Source: Mobula hypostoma (lineage: Eukaryota). Taken from it: a stretch of DNA of 64,000 nucleotides. A program made the translations under genes and the position numbers. The DNA lies in NCBI RefSeq assembly GCF_963921235.1, contig NC_086106.1:81592001-81656000 (forward strand). Direction: 5' to 3'. Positions 1 through 13,300 of this stretch are shown in pieces (the stretch's first letter is position 1; every line of letters begins with the position of its first letter). The notes under the pieces were generated by a model, which saw only the letters and a program-made list of their open reading frames with translations, had not been told where the DNA came from and ran no database searches.

Positions 1-380
1 TTTAGCATCAGAAAATTCTCTCTTCACAGCATCTGCCTTCCATTTGGGTGTTTGTGTCTGAGTCACAATTCCCAAAAAAACAAAGAATTTGTAAATAAAA
101 GTAGGGATGCTCAAAAATAAGTTTATCTGTATTTAATATTATTAAAGAGATTATCATTGACTTAAGCAGGATCTCAGTTAGTTTAACAGAACTAAGCTGA
201 AGAAATCATTGAAGAAAATGACATGCTCAGAAAGTGAACCATAATGAATGTAAGGAATTATAGCTGGTTCACTGATCAAGAAGAGGTAGGAAGAGGATAG
301 AGCTCTGACCAGAATATTAGGAGAGCACAGTTGCATTTAACATATTGTGCTAATCAGATGGGCTGCTTTTCCTATATCAT

Positions 381-960
381 CAAAGGTTCATTTATTATCA
401 AAGTATGTATGTAATATACAGCTCTGAGATTCTCCTTCTCCAGATAGCCACGAAACAAAGAAAAATCATGGAAGTTAGTTCAGAAGTTCAGAGAGAAACA
501 GCAAACCCACCCCCCTCACACAAAAGAATATGATTGACATGATCATCAACCCCTTCCCCCGTAAGAGATGTGACAAGAACATTAGCCCCCAAATCCCTCT
601 CTCTGCACAAAATGCTGTTGGCTCCCAAATACCCCTCTTCCCGCACAAAAAAAAAACCAAACAAAATGCAACAAGAACATCTAACTCCCAGACTCTCCTC
701 CACCCACACAAAACGCAACAGGAACCATCTCCAAATCCATCTCCACCGCACAAAAAAGCGTGAAAGAACGGGTGACAACACAGAATATAAAAAACATAAG
801 ACTGCAAAAGTCCATAGTCCGCAGTCCAAACCAATAAACACAGAACATCAGTAACATCATCGAAAGAGAGAGATACTCCGAGGCCTTTCCTCCGGGTACA
901 GTGATAGGCCATACAGGCTCCTTCTCTGAATCAATGAACAGAAGGCAGGTAGTCACATTT
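381..960 (-). mobile_element. Non-coding retroposon fragment with a Rex1/L2-type 3' tail
   Basis: The reverse complement ends ...gagaatctcagagctgtatattacatacatactttgataataaatgaacctttg. This is the same tail type as the Rex1-like LINE end at about 42450-42513 and the family A elements. The right boundary is approximate. Confidence 0.55.
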
Positions 961-2261
961 GCCTCAATGAGGCATTAGAGGCTTATGAGTTTTTAGAACT
1001 ACATTTAAACTTAAGCTTAAGTAAATTAATTTAAAATATAAACATTAATTAAAACACCATTTAATTTTTAGTGATGTCTGCAATCTCATTTGAGTCAATG
1101 GGGATATACCGGCGTGCCGGCCAATACCACTGAGGGCCCAGATATGAAGTATATCTGGCTTCAGATGTTATGGAATCACTGCTTGGCTAAATCACACAGA
1201 CATAGAAGTCTGGTATACACTGACAAATGCGCTGGAGTTGGCAGCTATTCCCTATCATTTTACTAAGGTTCCTTGTGTTTCATGCTTGAATGCTGTCTGG
1301 ATGTCAAGAACATCATTTGCATCTTATTTCATCATCCAATGCATTAGTTGCAATGGAAAAAATACAAGTTTCGGTACCTACATCAATAACCAAGGGGGTC
1401 CTTAGGATTTGTAACATTTTATCATATTAACCAGAAGGGATTTTCCAGGTAACACGATGACATGTTCCACATTCAAACAAAATCCTTGTTGTCTTTCTGC
1501 AGCTGTTTCAGTACCTGTATTGTACTATTCAGTGGTGCCCTTGACTTCCTCTTACTGACATACTTAGATCATATTACTATCAAAATATATTTTGCATTTG
1601 TTGGCACTGTGTCAGAGACGTCAACAATTCAATCATCCCCAAGAATATGATGGGTACTTTTATATCCATTGTAGCCTAAGCTTATTTTAAAGATAGCCAA
1701 TATTTGAAAAGCTTCTTCATTATCAGCATGAAATTTTTGTGGAGTTCTTCACTTGGGCCCTCACAGAGCTCTGTTCAAGTGCTGACATATTCCAGCTGAT
1801 GTGGTTCCTGGGAACACTGAGTGCCACAATGCTATAAGTGGAGCAGAAAGAGACTTATTTCAATTGCTAACCCAGAATAGATAGTTAACAAAAACATCAT
1901 AAATTCATCATAAGAAAAACATGGATGATAATTGAAATGGGGTACAGTGATTACCTCGAATTCATTCATTGTAAGGTGAACTGTGTGTTAAATTCATGTT
2001 GCTGTTATTTTACATGCTGACTGCATATGTTTAGTGCTATCTGCACTGTCTATTAACAGCATATTACAGTTGACTGGTATTACTCAAAGGTAGATTTCAA
2101 AGGGAAAACAGATGATGTGTCTAGGATTGGCAGCAGTCATTTATGAACTGAAATTGTACAGCGGAGGTGATCATAGTAGAGAGATTTCACAGTGGATTTG
2201 AAATCCTATACTGCCAAACTTTGTTCAGAAGGAAGAATGGAGAAGAGGTAAAGATGATATG

Positions 2262-2428
2262 AAGGCACTACAGTTAGTAGTGCTATCACCGAAGACAAGG
2301 AATGTAGGTTCATTCTTGACCTTGGATGCTCTCTGTGACCCTGTGGGGCTTCTTCCCTGTGTTTTATTTGTCCCAGATGCCAAAGATTTGCTAGTGGGTT
2401 AATTGGCTACAATTTATTGCCACCTATA
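2262..2428 (+). mobile_element. Degenerate tRNA-derived V-SINE (HE1-like)
   Basis: B-box-like ggttcattc, followed by a V-domain-like core tcccagatgccaaagatttgctagtgggttaattggc...ttattgcc. Confidence 0.5.
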
Positions 2429-3329
2429 ATAATCAAAGGTGAACTGATGGACATGCATGAGGAAAAATGAAGAATAGAGGGAGGATGAAGAAATATGGAG
2501 AAAGATAATGGGACTTATGGGATTTTTAATCATGGATCCAATAGGTTTTGTGTGACAGTATACATTTTTCTTCATGTATCAGTGAGCAAAAGATCCCCCA
2601 AATATGAGTTCAATAGCTAGTGAGAAGAAATAGCAGTTGATGGAAGTGGCAGGAGTGTGGTTCATGGAACATAAATGCAGTGTAGGCAGAAGCTTATAAT
2701 TTTAGATCATTTGTCAAATTCACTGACTTTTGATGCAAATGGCACATCCTACCAAGTGCTCCTTTAGACTCAGTCATTGGTTAATTTCTACATTCCTATC
2801 ATTCATCTATCAGCCATCTCTATTAATCAAGATCCATTTCTGATATTGATATCTTTCACTTAGCAATATTGCTGCACTCAACCCCACAAGGCAGTGCTTG
2901 CATACATGAGTAGCAATTTAATCCTAACAATCACATCCTATGAACACAAGGCAGGGCGTTAACTGACTCCCTCTCTCCGGTTGGACAAGGTGATGTATTA
3001 CAGTGCAACACCAATAAACCAAAATCTCAATCTCAGCTGCATGCTCTAAGGTCAATGGGAAGCTGAAAGGCTGGGAGAAGCACCATTCAGGTTGTGGCCT
3101 CTTGGACTTTGAGGTGATTGATGAAGAGGGTATTACTCACACGAATACTCACATTTTCCAATTTCTCTCTAATCCTTCAATCCTCAAGATTGCAGATGAT
3201 GTAACTTATCCTCTCCACAACACAATTGTTGTCCCTTTTCCATTTCAAATCTCCAAGAATTGGAAACAGTCTAGACAATGGAGTTGTGATATTATGTAAT
3301 ACAGACTGGGATGTGAATGTAGGAGACAA

Positions 3330-4968
3330 GTTTGGCGACCATGCTGCAGACACAGAAAATTGGTGGTACTGTGGATAGTATAGAAGGTTGTCTAAGGCTA
3401 AAGAAGAATATGGATCAGGTGCAAAGTTGGGCAGAATATTGGCAGATGGAATTTAATTTTGACAAGTGTGAGGTAATACATTTTGGGAAGTTAAATAAGG
3501 GTAAGATATCTACAGTAAATGCTGAGGTACTAAGAAATGTTGATAGGCTGGAAGACCCAAGAGTCCAAGCCCATAGCTCCCTTGAAGAGCAACACAGGTC
3601 AATGACATAGTGAAGAAGGCATATGACATGCATGTCTTCATAGGTCAAAGCATGGAATATAAGAGCTGGAAGATCATGTTACAACTTCATAAAACATTGG
3701 TTAGATCATACTTTGAGTATTGTGTGCAGTTCTGATCGCTGCACTACAGGAGACAATACAAAAGAGGTTCATCACGATATTGTCTTGGCTGGAAGACTTT
3801 AGATATAAGGAGAAACAGCTTTATTTCTATCTTTGATATCTCTTTTCTTTCCCTTTTCAGGGCTTTATTGAAGACCCTGACCTGAAGTTACACGTTGACT
3901 TTGGTACTTTGCGGACATGGGATACGCTGTTGGGCTTCACGACCAGCTGCTTTTTGATATGTCAAGGATGCGGCCTGGAAGACTAGTGCACCTTCAGCGG
4001 CCGGATTTTCGTGGCTCTGGAGGCGGACGGATTCAAGGCTGGTGCTGCTGCCGGATGCATCACAGGAGATGGAAGATCGTAAGCAGCAAGCTGGCTGCTG
4101 GCTGTGTGCCCAGAGACCCAAGATCTTTGGGCACAGAGCTCAGAAAAAGCGAAGCAATGGACTTTTAACACCATAAATCAACGAGTTGCTTTGTTATGTC
4201 TCCCCTCTCACTGTGAAACGAGGACACCTCTTTTTCCCTTGTTAGGGAGAGAGAGAGCCTGTGGTATATCGAATTACCGGGTGAACATGGAGTCTTTGGG
4301 GTACTGCACGTCGTGTGTCTTTATTGATGTTTTGCTGCACGCTTGAGTGCTCAGTGGGGGTACTGATGCTTTTTTGCCGGTGGGGGAGGGGGAGTCATTA
4401 CTTTGCTGCTGCTTATGTGTGGGAGGGGGAGTTGGGGAGGCTTTAGGGTTCTAACATTTAACTGTCATTCATTCTTTGGGGCACTCCAAATGGCATCTGT
4501 TTTCACGGATGTTTGCAAAGAAAAAGAATTGTACATTGTATACATTTCTCTGACATTAAGTGTACTTATTGAAACTATTGAAATTGGATAAGTAGAAGAC
4601 GGAGGAGGCTGAGAGGTACCATGATAGAAGAATGTAAGATTATGAAAGCCATAAAAGGGTAGATAGTCAAAATCTTTTTTCCCATGGTAGGAGAAATCAT
4701 AAAATGAGAGGACATGAGTTAAGGTGAAATTTTAGTGGGTATTTGATAACTAAGATTTTTTTTGACAGAGAGAGGTTGATATTTGGAACATGCTGCCAGA
4801 GGACATGGTGAAATCAAATACACTTGCTAGGTTTAAGATGTATTTTGACAGACACTTAAATTGGCATGGTATAGAAGTATATGGTCCTAATGTAGGCATT
4901 AGTACATTTGGAGAAAAATGTCAGCATGGATGTAGAAGGATGAAAGGCCCATTTCTGCCTTGTACAAC
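3330..4968 (+). mobile_element. CR1 LINE, 5'-truncated (RT C-terminus plus 3' UTR), interrupted by a family A element
   Basis: WAEYWQMEFNFDKCEVIHFG and LVRSYFEYCVQF-like motifs. CR1 sequence stops at tataaggagaaa (about 3815) and resumes at ttggataag (about 4584). Confidence 0.9.
3816..4583 (+). mobile_element. Non-autonomous retroposon family A, copy 1
   Basis: Colinear with 9646-10330 over about 680 bp. Ends in ctgacattaagtgtacttattgaaactattgaaa, a short tandem tail. No coding capacity. Confidence 0.85.
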
Positions 4969-5194
4969 TTCTGGCTCTAATGGAGGCAGAAAACACAATT
5001 GCGAGGAGGGAGTGAATGGGGAGTCAAGATTTAAGTTACTAGATTTGTACATTAATTTTTTTACACCAGAAGAAGGTTGACAATGTTGTATCCTATCTTC
5101 CACACTCTGTTCTTGCTGCCCTCTCCTCCTCCTGCTCATATTCCTACACCTCAGCATCTAGAAACTGCGGCATAATTGTATACAATGCTATACT

Positions 5195-5710
5195 CTGCAA
5201 TATATTTGCTGATGCCAAAACTGTTGCTGGCAGAATTTCAGATGGTGATGAGGGGGCATACAGGAGTGAGATAGATTGGCTGGTTGAGTTGTGTCATAAC
5301 AATATCCTTGCACTCAATGTCAGTAAGACCAAGGAATTGATTGCAAACCAGGAAGGGGAAGTCAAGGGAACACAGACCAATTCCCTTATTAAGGGGTCAG
5401 TAGTGGAAAAGGTGAGCAGTTTTAAGTTCCTGGGTGTCAGTATCTCTGAAGATTTATCTTGCCCCCAACATATTGATGCAATTACGAAGAAGGCATGTCA
5501 GAGTTGTCTTTCATTAGTTTGAGGAGATTTGGTATGGCAGCAGGAAATGTCTACAGGTGTACTGTGGAAGACATTTTAACTGGTTGCAGTACTGCCTGCA
5601 ATGGAGGGACAACTGAAACGGATTATTAAAAAAGGTTTGCAAACTCAGCCAGCTCAATCATGGCGCAACTTTCATGACATGTGCCAATGATGTTATACCT
5701 GATTCTGAGA
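5195..5710 (+). mobile_element. Rex1/Babar-clade LINE fragment (RT C-terminus plus 3' end)
   Basis: FADAKTVAGRISDGDEGAYRSEID and CHNNILALNVSKTKELI..VSSFKFLGVSISEDLS motifs. Tail is cctgattctga. Confidence 0.85.
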
Positions 5711-5915
5711 TCTGGATTCCTGGTCACTGAATGCATAATGTGGCCTTCAGAGCAATCCTGGTGGTCGATGTTCCACTTGAGGGTATCTGTCATTGGTCTG
5801 TAATTTTCCCTTTGTGTAGGTGCATCACTTTCATACTGGATTTAAATTCTAGGTCATAATTGTGTACATCTTAATGCTGTTAATGAGCCCAAATTGACCT
5901 GATGAACTCACGTCT

Positions 5916-6945
5916 CAGAGTCAGAATCAGGTTTAATATCACTGGCATACTGGGTGTCATGAAATATGTTGTTTTGTGGCAGCAGCGCAATGAAATATGT
6001 TTTAAAAAAACTATAAATTACAAAAATATATTTTAAAAATATATTAAATTAAATAAGTACTTTAAAAAGAGAACAAAAAAGGAGAAAAAAACCAATGCAG
6101 TATGCATGGGTTTATTGTCCATTTAGATAACTGATGGTGGTGGGGGAGAAGCTGTTCCTAAACCATTGAGAGTATATCTCCAGGCTCCTGTACCTCCTCC
6201 TTGATGGTAGAAATGAGAAGAGAGCATGTCCTGGGTGATGGGGTCCTTAATAACAGGTGCTGCCTTTTTGAGACATCTGCTTTTGAAGATGTCCTCGATG
6301 CTGGAGAGGCTGGTGCCCATGATAGAGCAGGCTGAGTTTGCAACTTTCTGCAGCATTTTTCCAATCCCGTGCAGTGGCCCCTCCATACCAGATGGTGATG
6401 CAACCAGTTAGAATGTTTTCAACGAGAGAGTGCTTACCCTTTCCACTGTTGATCCCTTGATGAGGACTGGTGTGTTTTCCCTTGACTTCCCCTACCTGAA
6501 GTACACAATCAATTCCTTGGTCTTACTGGCATTGAGTGTAAATTTCCACCTGCTTCAAAAGAGTGACCATGATGCCAGTCCCCAAGAAGAGCAGAGTGTC
6601 TGTTGCCCAGTTGCACTCACATGCACTGTGATGAAGTCCATTCAGAAGTTGGTCAAGGCCAGAATCAATCCTGCCTAAGCAAGGATTTGGACCCACTGCG
6701 ATTTGCCTATTGCCACAACAGTTAAACAGCAGATGCAACATCATTAGATCTCTAATCTGCCTTGGATTATCTGGACAATAGCAATACCTATGTTAGGCTG
6801 CTGTTTGTTGATTTCTGCTCTGTATTCAAGACCATCGTACCCTCAGTACTCATCGACAAGTTGTACCTCCCTCTGCTACTGGATCCTTGACTTCCTTATT
6901 GGGAGACTCCAGTCAGTGCAGATCAGAAACAACATCTCCTCCTCA
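5916..6945. mobile_element. Rex1/Babar LINE copy with a 5' inversion (3' part on minus 5916-6540; upstream RT part on plus 6541-6945)
   Basis: Minus strand: tcagaatcaggtttaatatcactg tail and the LQKVANSACSIMGTSLSSIEDIF region. Plus strand: CPVALTCTVMKSIQKLV..DPLRFAY..WILDFLIGRLQSVQIRNNISS. Confidence 0.8.
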
Positions 6946-7769
6946 TTTACAGAACCAAGGAAATACCCTTTTGGAGTCAAGCAACGTATTTTCAAACTGC
7001 ATCAAACAGATGAGTATATGTAAAGCCATACACTCAGGTTAGCCATATTTAATTTAGACGTGTTGCAGATGTTCTCACTGATACTATAGAGACGTTTTTG
7101 CTGATGGAACAGATCCCAGAATAACACAGAATTTTTCAGGGCAATTATTCTTCATCTATTCTGGTTGCAACCAGAAATAATAGGGAAAATATAGGCAATG
7201 AAATCTTTGTTGGTGAGTTCCATTATGGGACTAAATGTTCTGTTCCAAGTTCAAATGTTCAGACATAAATGTATTCCTTCAACATGCAGCAAGATGATCC
7301 CATGTTTTATGTCCATGTTGTACTTTACATTCTTATCATTGTGCTTTCTGTTACATATGACATAAGTAATTTGCTAATATGAAGTAAGGGATATGATCTA
7401 GAGCAGGGGTTCTTAAACTTTTTTTATGCCATATACCCATTTGGCTGTCTGATGAAGCCTATGGACCCCTTCTCAGAATAATGTATTTAAATATATGAAA
7501 TAAAATACATAGGATTATAAAAGAAACCAATTCAATTGAAATACTGTTATTAAAATATTAGAAAAATGTTTGTGATATAGTAATATTTGTTCTTTATTAA
7601 CACATTAAATAAAAAGTCAGCTAGTTAAAATAAAATATTATTTTTAAAGATATCAGTGTGAACAAAGGCTGTTGTTGCTAAGCTTGAATAAAAACATTAA
7701 ACTACGGGGTGGTCTTTGACAAATCAACATCATTTCCTGTTGGACACGTACACACAAGTTATGTTGGAC

Positions 7770-9400
7770 ATCAAATCAATTTTGATTTTCTGTTTTAGTG
7801 GTTGCAAGTGTTGAAAATCCTGATTCACAAAGAGATGTTGTTGGAAATGGAATTAAAGTTTCCATAGCTCACTTTAAAGGTGAGGACAGGCTTCCCTCAA
7901 GGAACACTAGAACTATCCAAGGCTTTTTGAATTAAACTCCAAATGAAGTGACTTTTTTTGATTTAAGATCAATGAGTTAATCTTTGACTAGAACAACATC
8001 TTTGATACAGATTATATCAGAAAGAAGAGGATTGCAGATCCAACTTTAATGCCATCAAGATGAAAATAACTTTTGAAGGAGTTCGAAGTGTTTCCAGGTG
8101 TTTGCGGATGTCTCTCTTCAAAGAAATTGACAGAGAATGTTTGTATATCAACTCCATCTTGGTAAAGGACTTCCTCCAGCATTTGAAAGTTTGCAAAGAT
8201 GTTGGCCTCTACTCTCTTCTTCCATATCTGCAGCTTCACCGAGAAAGCTTGTACTTTTTCAGTAGCATCCATAGTGATGACTTCAGAACCTTGAATTGAA
8301 AGATTTATTTCATTCATATGGTTAAAAATATCTGCTAGGTAACCCAACCCATGGATACAATCCTTTTTTCAAACTGTTCCAAGAGTAGGTTTCCTTTTAT
8401 TTTCAGATACAGTATAGTGAAAATTCTATCCTTAGTTCAAACAAGTGCTTCATGACTTGTCCTCTTGAAAGCTAGTGAACTTCTGTGAGGTAGAGAAGCA
8501 CTTCATATTCTGCACTAATTTTTTGACAAAGTTTTTAAAAATGCGATTATTCAGAAACCAGCCTCTAATAAAGTTGAGCAACACACATCAAAGTTGCTGG
8601 TGAACGCAGCAGGCCAGGCAGCATCTATAGGAAGAGGCGCAGTCGACGTTTCAGGCCGAGACCTGGCCTGCTGCGTTCACCAGCAACTTTGATGTGTGTT
8701 GCTTGAATTTCCAGCATCTGCAGAATTCCTGTTGTTTGCGTTTAAAGCGCCTCTTCCTATAGATGCTGCCTGGCCTGCTGCGTTCACCAGCAACTTTGAT
8801 GTGTGTTGCTTGAATTTCTGTTGCAGAATTCCTGTTGTTTGCCTCTAATAAAGTTGATTACTTTTGTTGGAAGAGTCTTTGGTGCGAGTGTATATCTATG
8901 TAAAAACAAAAAATGACAATGCCGTGAGGAGATTGCTTTTCAGTAAAGTAGCAAAACAGGCATCACAGGAGCTCCATCTGTTCAGAGAGTATGAAGTTTT
9001 TCTTTCCAGTCAAAGTATAGTTTAGCAAAAAATATTTTTACCATTTCTAAAAAGTGTCAATGGCCTTTGTAGATTCCAAAAGGGACTCACAAAATAAGAA
9101 TTCTTCTTTGATGGCATCAGCATACGCATTACAAACAAAAACAAGGAGTTGACTATATAGAGATGTCTGTAGTTTCAGCAAGTTGCATACTCAATGGGAA
9201 TTGCCAGGCTTCCAATTCCTCAATGAACTGTTTCAAAATGTTAAAAGAAATACCAACTAGTCGAGAATGTATCACATTATTTGATAAGGGAACCACTTCC
9301 AGTATTTTCCTCTGTCCCAGTGCAGAAACCAGCTCGACCATTTCCAGTGCACATGGCTTTGCTAAAGCCTTTGTAATAGTTTGGGGCTTACAGTAGTAAT
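7770..9400 (-). pseudogene. hAT Buster/ZBED-type transposase remnant (frameshifted)
   Basis: VPLSNNVIHSR..LSMQLAETTDIS (first catalytic D region), GYLADIFNHMNEINLSIQG, and C-terminal PFPTTSLCESGFSTL-like dimerisation motif at about 7810-7860. Confidence 0.85.
8578..8840. mobile_element. Miniature Penelope-like element insertion built only of inverted and tandem pLTR ends
   Basis: Flanked by a perfect 17-bp duplication gcctctaataaagttga (8561-8577 and 8841-8857). One inverted and two direct copies of the pLTR end, nearly identical to 14544-14630. Confidence 0.9.
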
Positions 9401-9645
9401 GTAGGTATCATGTCTTTCCTGGAATTTGGCTATTGTTGTGTATTGAGTCGTATGGCCTTTGTGCCTCTCTAGAAATAGTGATTCTCTATTCTCATATTGT
9501 TTGCAGTATTCTCACAAAGTTATTTTTATGATGTGTGGTATTTTTATGGAATAATAAGACATGGACACCACTTGTAAAACATACTGCATGTGCATGTTTT
9601 TACTTTGTAACACAGACAGTGCACTAAAAGGAAGTATGATGAGAA

Positions 9646-10330
9646 ATCTTTGATATTTCCTTTATTCCCTTTCAAGGTTCTTTTGAAGACCCTGACCTGG
9701 AGTTACATGTTGACTTCGGTTCTTTGTGGAAATGGGACCCTCTCTCAGGGCCTCACGACCGGCTGCTTTTCGATACACTAAGGATGCAGCCTGAAAGACT
9801 AGTATGCCTTCAGGGTGCTGCATTTTCGTGTCACTGGAGGTGGGCGGATTCAAGGCTGGTGCCCGGAGACCCGAGTTTTTTGGGCACAGCGTTCAGAAAA
9901 AGCAATGCAACAGACTTTTAACACCATAAATCAGCACGTTGTTTTGTTATGTCTCCACCCTCTTGCTGTGAAATGGGGACATCTCTTTTTCCCTTATTAG
10001 AGAGAGAGAGACAGAGCCTGTGGTATGTTGAATACTAGGTGAATGAGTAGTCTTTGGGTCTGTGTCTTTATTGATGCTTTGTTGAGTGCTCAGTTGGGGG
10101 GGGGGTGTTGCCGATTCTTTCTTGCTGGTGGGGGGAGGGGGTTTTGTTGCTTGCTGCTGCTTATGTGTGGGAGGAGGGAGATGGGAACTTTGGGGTTCTA
10201 ACGTTTAACTGCCATTCATTCTTTGGGGCACTCCTCTGTTTTCATGGATGTTTGTGAAGAAAAAGAATTTCAGGATGTATATTGTATATATTTCTCTGAC
10301 ATTAAACGTACCTATTGAAACCTACTGAAA
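9646..10330 (+). mobile_element. Non-autonomous retroposon family A, copy 2 (inside the hAT element)
   Basis: Colinear with 3829-4583. Tail is ctgacattaaacgtacctattgaaacctactgaaa. Confidence 0.85.
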
Positions 10331-13300
10331 AACAAAAAAAAAGGAAGAACCTCTGCTGCTCACAGAACTTACAACAATGTGCATGACCTGTATCTCTTTG
10401 CAATCTGTTACCAATAATAAGATGTTACTTTAAATAACATACTTCAACTGTTAACCCAACTGTCAGACCTGTCTGAACTTGCCTGGTCTGCATTTGTAGC
10501 CTACGCGCCTATAAGGCCGCACGGCTTTATGGAGAGTTAAAATTCTCACCTGAACTGTCTAGTTTTGCAAAACTTTAAAAAAATAATAAAAATGACTCAT
10601 CTCCTTCTACGCATTGATCAACAAGCAATTGTGGATAGAGAATAATGGAGGGCAATGTAGATGTCTGGGTCACAAATGTGGGAACATGTGAGTTCTCCAT
10701 TAGGTGGCTGAACGACTACTAGGTGCAGGGCTGCCTGATAGTTAGCCGGCTACGTCGCACGAGTATCTGGGTCTAATAACTGCCATAATTTCAAAGTAGT
10801 GATGAGCATGGCGAAAAGTTTATTTGGAGATATTTGTAATATGATATGAAAATATCTGTGGTTTCTATGTCACAGATACTGCTAATACCACTGTGGTTTG
10901 CTCTGTACATTCATAATTGGAGGAAATGCTAAATTTCAATTAGAGGTTAATGAAAATAGATGTGTAAATTTTTTCCCATCCAAGTTCATGGACCCCTGAG
11001 GGGTCTGTGGATCCCAGGTTAAGAACCTATGAATTAGACTATCACCCTAGTCCTACTCCAGTACACTGGGTTAGAAATTATCAAATGTGTAAAGTTTATT
11101 TCAATTCATTTCCTTTTGCTTCAGTTGCTTTGAGCTTGAGTCATATTCAGTTTGAAACAAGTTATGTCAACCATCTGAAGTTACTTACATAAATACCATA
11201 AGTCAGCAAAACCAAGAATCTCCACTGAAAAAGAGAACTCTAAAATAATAATTGGCTAATGACTTACTTCTAATCTAAGCTTTGTGTAAAAGCTCTTTCT
11301 CATTTCATGATAGAAACCCACAATGAACTTGACATTCTGTTTGTTATGTTTTATGGTGTCATAATTATTTATGTATAAATATTTGAACGGATGGCAGATG
11401 GTAGGAAAGCATTTACTCAATTATATTGAAGTTTAGATGTACAAGGATCTGTGACATTCTATTTGTTATCTCAGTTTTACAATCTATTTCATCCCTTAAT
11501 TGAAGCAGTTTGAAGCATTTCAAAATGGACGGATTTCTGGATGCATCTCAAGCCAGTCTATGACTTTGTTGCATATAGTTTGTTAATTTTTGACATTCAT
11601 ACCCTTTCACATTGGATCAACCCAGGGAATAATGGATTGGCAGTCAAGATTATTTTGCATCATGCAACATATTGTACGCTGGATGAAGGAATTTAGTCTT
11701 AAATGTGATTTGCTAGTATGTGCCAACATCGTGCAGTTTGTTTTGAGTCCTCTATGCATTTGATGGAGTATCACTAATCCCCCAGTCTTGACCCTCAGTG
11801 GCTTGATCCAGGACCACCTGAGTTCAAACTTCCTAAAGTTTGCTATCCTGATTCCTGGTATTCCGACTTCTGTTCCCATTGCTGATTATAGTAATGCTAC
11901 ACCCATGTTCCCAGCCCCAATCTGTATGTAAATGCCCTATATGATACTTTTCCTCTGCCATTCTGTTTAAGGGCTAATTATTATGGATGGTACACTAATC
12001 TTCCTTGAAATGTTTAGAGTTACTTTTGCAGTCAAACTTTCCACACTCTCCCCAATCTCTGCTTTCAAAGCTCAGCTTCTTTTTCCTTCCTTCTATTACT
12101 GCTTTTCTGTTTCTTTATCCTGCATAATGTATCTTAGAATGAGAGCAATATATTGATAACATGATGCAAATTGTTCAATAGGAATAACAAACCAGAATTA
12201 TATTTATTGTCACTTACTTATATGCCATGAAATTTGTCTTGTGACAACAATACAACACAAAGACAAAAAATTAGTCATAGAGTCATATAATACTATAGAA
12301 CAGACAGGCCCTTTGGCCTATCTAGTCCGTGCTGAACTATAAATCTGCCTCGTCCCTTCGGCCTGCCCCCAGATCAGAGACCTGCCCTTCTCATCCATGT
12401 ACCTATCAAAATTTCTCTTAACTGTTGAAATCAAACCCGCATACAACACTTGTGTTGTAGCTCATTCCACACCCTCATCACCTTCTGAGTGAAGATCCTC
12501 TCATTTTCCCCTTAAACATTTCACTTTTCACCCTTGACCATGACCTACAGTCGTAGTCTCAACCAATCTCAGTGAAAGCTTGCATTTACCCAATCGGTAT
12601 CCCTCACAATTTTGTATACCTTTATCAAATCTCCCCTCAATCTTATAAGTTCTAGGGAATGAAGTCTAAACCTAATCAATCTTTCCCTGTGACTCAGGCC
12701 CTGAATTATCGGCAACATCCTTGTAAATTTTCTCTGCACTCCTTCAAACTTTTCTACAGATAGGTGACCAAACTGCATACAATATTTCAAATTAGGCCTT
12801 ACCAACGTCTTACACCATTTCAACATAACATCCCAATTCTTGTAAATAATTTGATCTATGAAAGCCAATGTGCAAAAGCTATCTTTATGACCCTACTTAC
12901 CTGTAATGCCATTTTCAAGGAATGATAGATCTGTATTCCCAGATTCCTCTGATCTACCACACTCCTCAGTATCCTACCACTTACGATGTAAGACCTACCC
13001 TGGTTGGTGCTTCCAAAGTGCAACACCTCACACTTATCTGCATTAAATTCCATCTGCTATTTTTCACCCTGTGTTTCCAGATGGTCCAGATCCTGCTGCA
13101 AGCTTTGATAATCTCCCTCACTGTCCGCTATAGCACCAATCATGGAGTCATCCACAAACTTGCTGATCCAGTTTACCACATTATCATCCAGATTGTTGAT
13201 ATAGATGACAAACAACAAAAAACACAGCAACAATCCCTGCTGTACACCATTGATCACAGGCCACCAGTTAGAGAGGCAACCATCTACTACAACTCTCTGG

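Larger units (their letters stand above)
7404..11031 (-). mobile_element. Full-length decayed hAT (Charlie/Buster subfamily) DNA transposon, MER119/Charlie7-like
   Basis: 16-bp TIRs caggggttcttaaact (7404) and aggttaagaacctatg (11016-11031). Degenerate 8-bp TSD atctagag / aattagac fits the Charlie NTCTAGAN target. Transposase remnants lie on the minus strand. Confidence 0.9.

Noticed and set aside
475-956. Cys/Phe-rich 90-145-aa ORFs
   Set aside because: They are compositional artefacts of an A/C-rich repeat body with no recognisable domain.
2262-2428. tRNA gene (also 59848-59981)
   Set aside because: Only decayed A/B boxes of SINE heads are present; I could not build a cloverleaf.
7770-9400. 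Domesticated ZBED8/SCAND3/FAM200-like host gene
   Set aside because: It is frameshifted, interrupted by a PLE and bounded by TIRs and a TSD, so it is a dead transposon.
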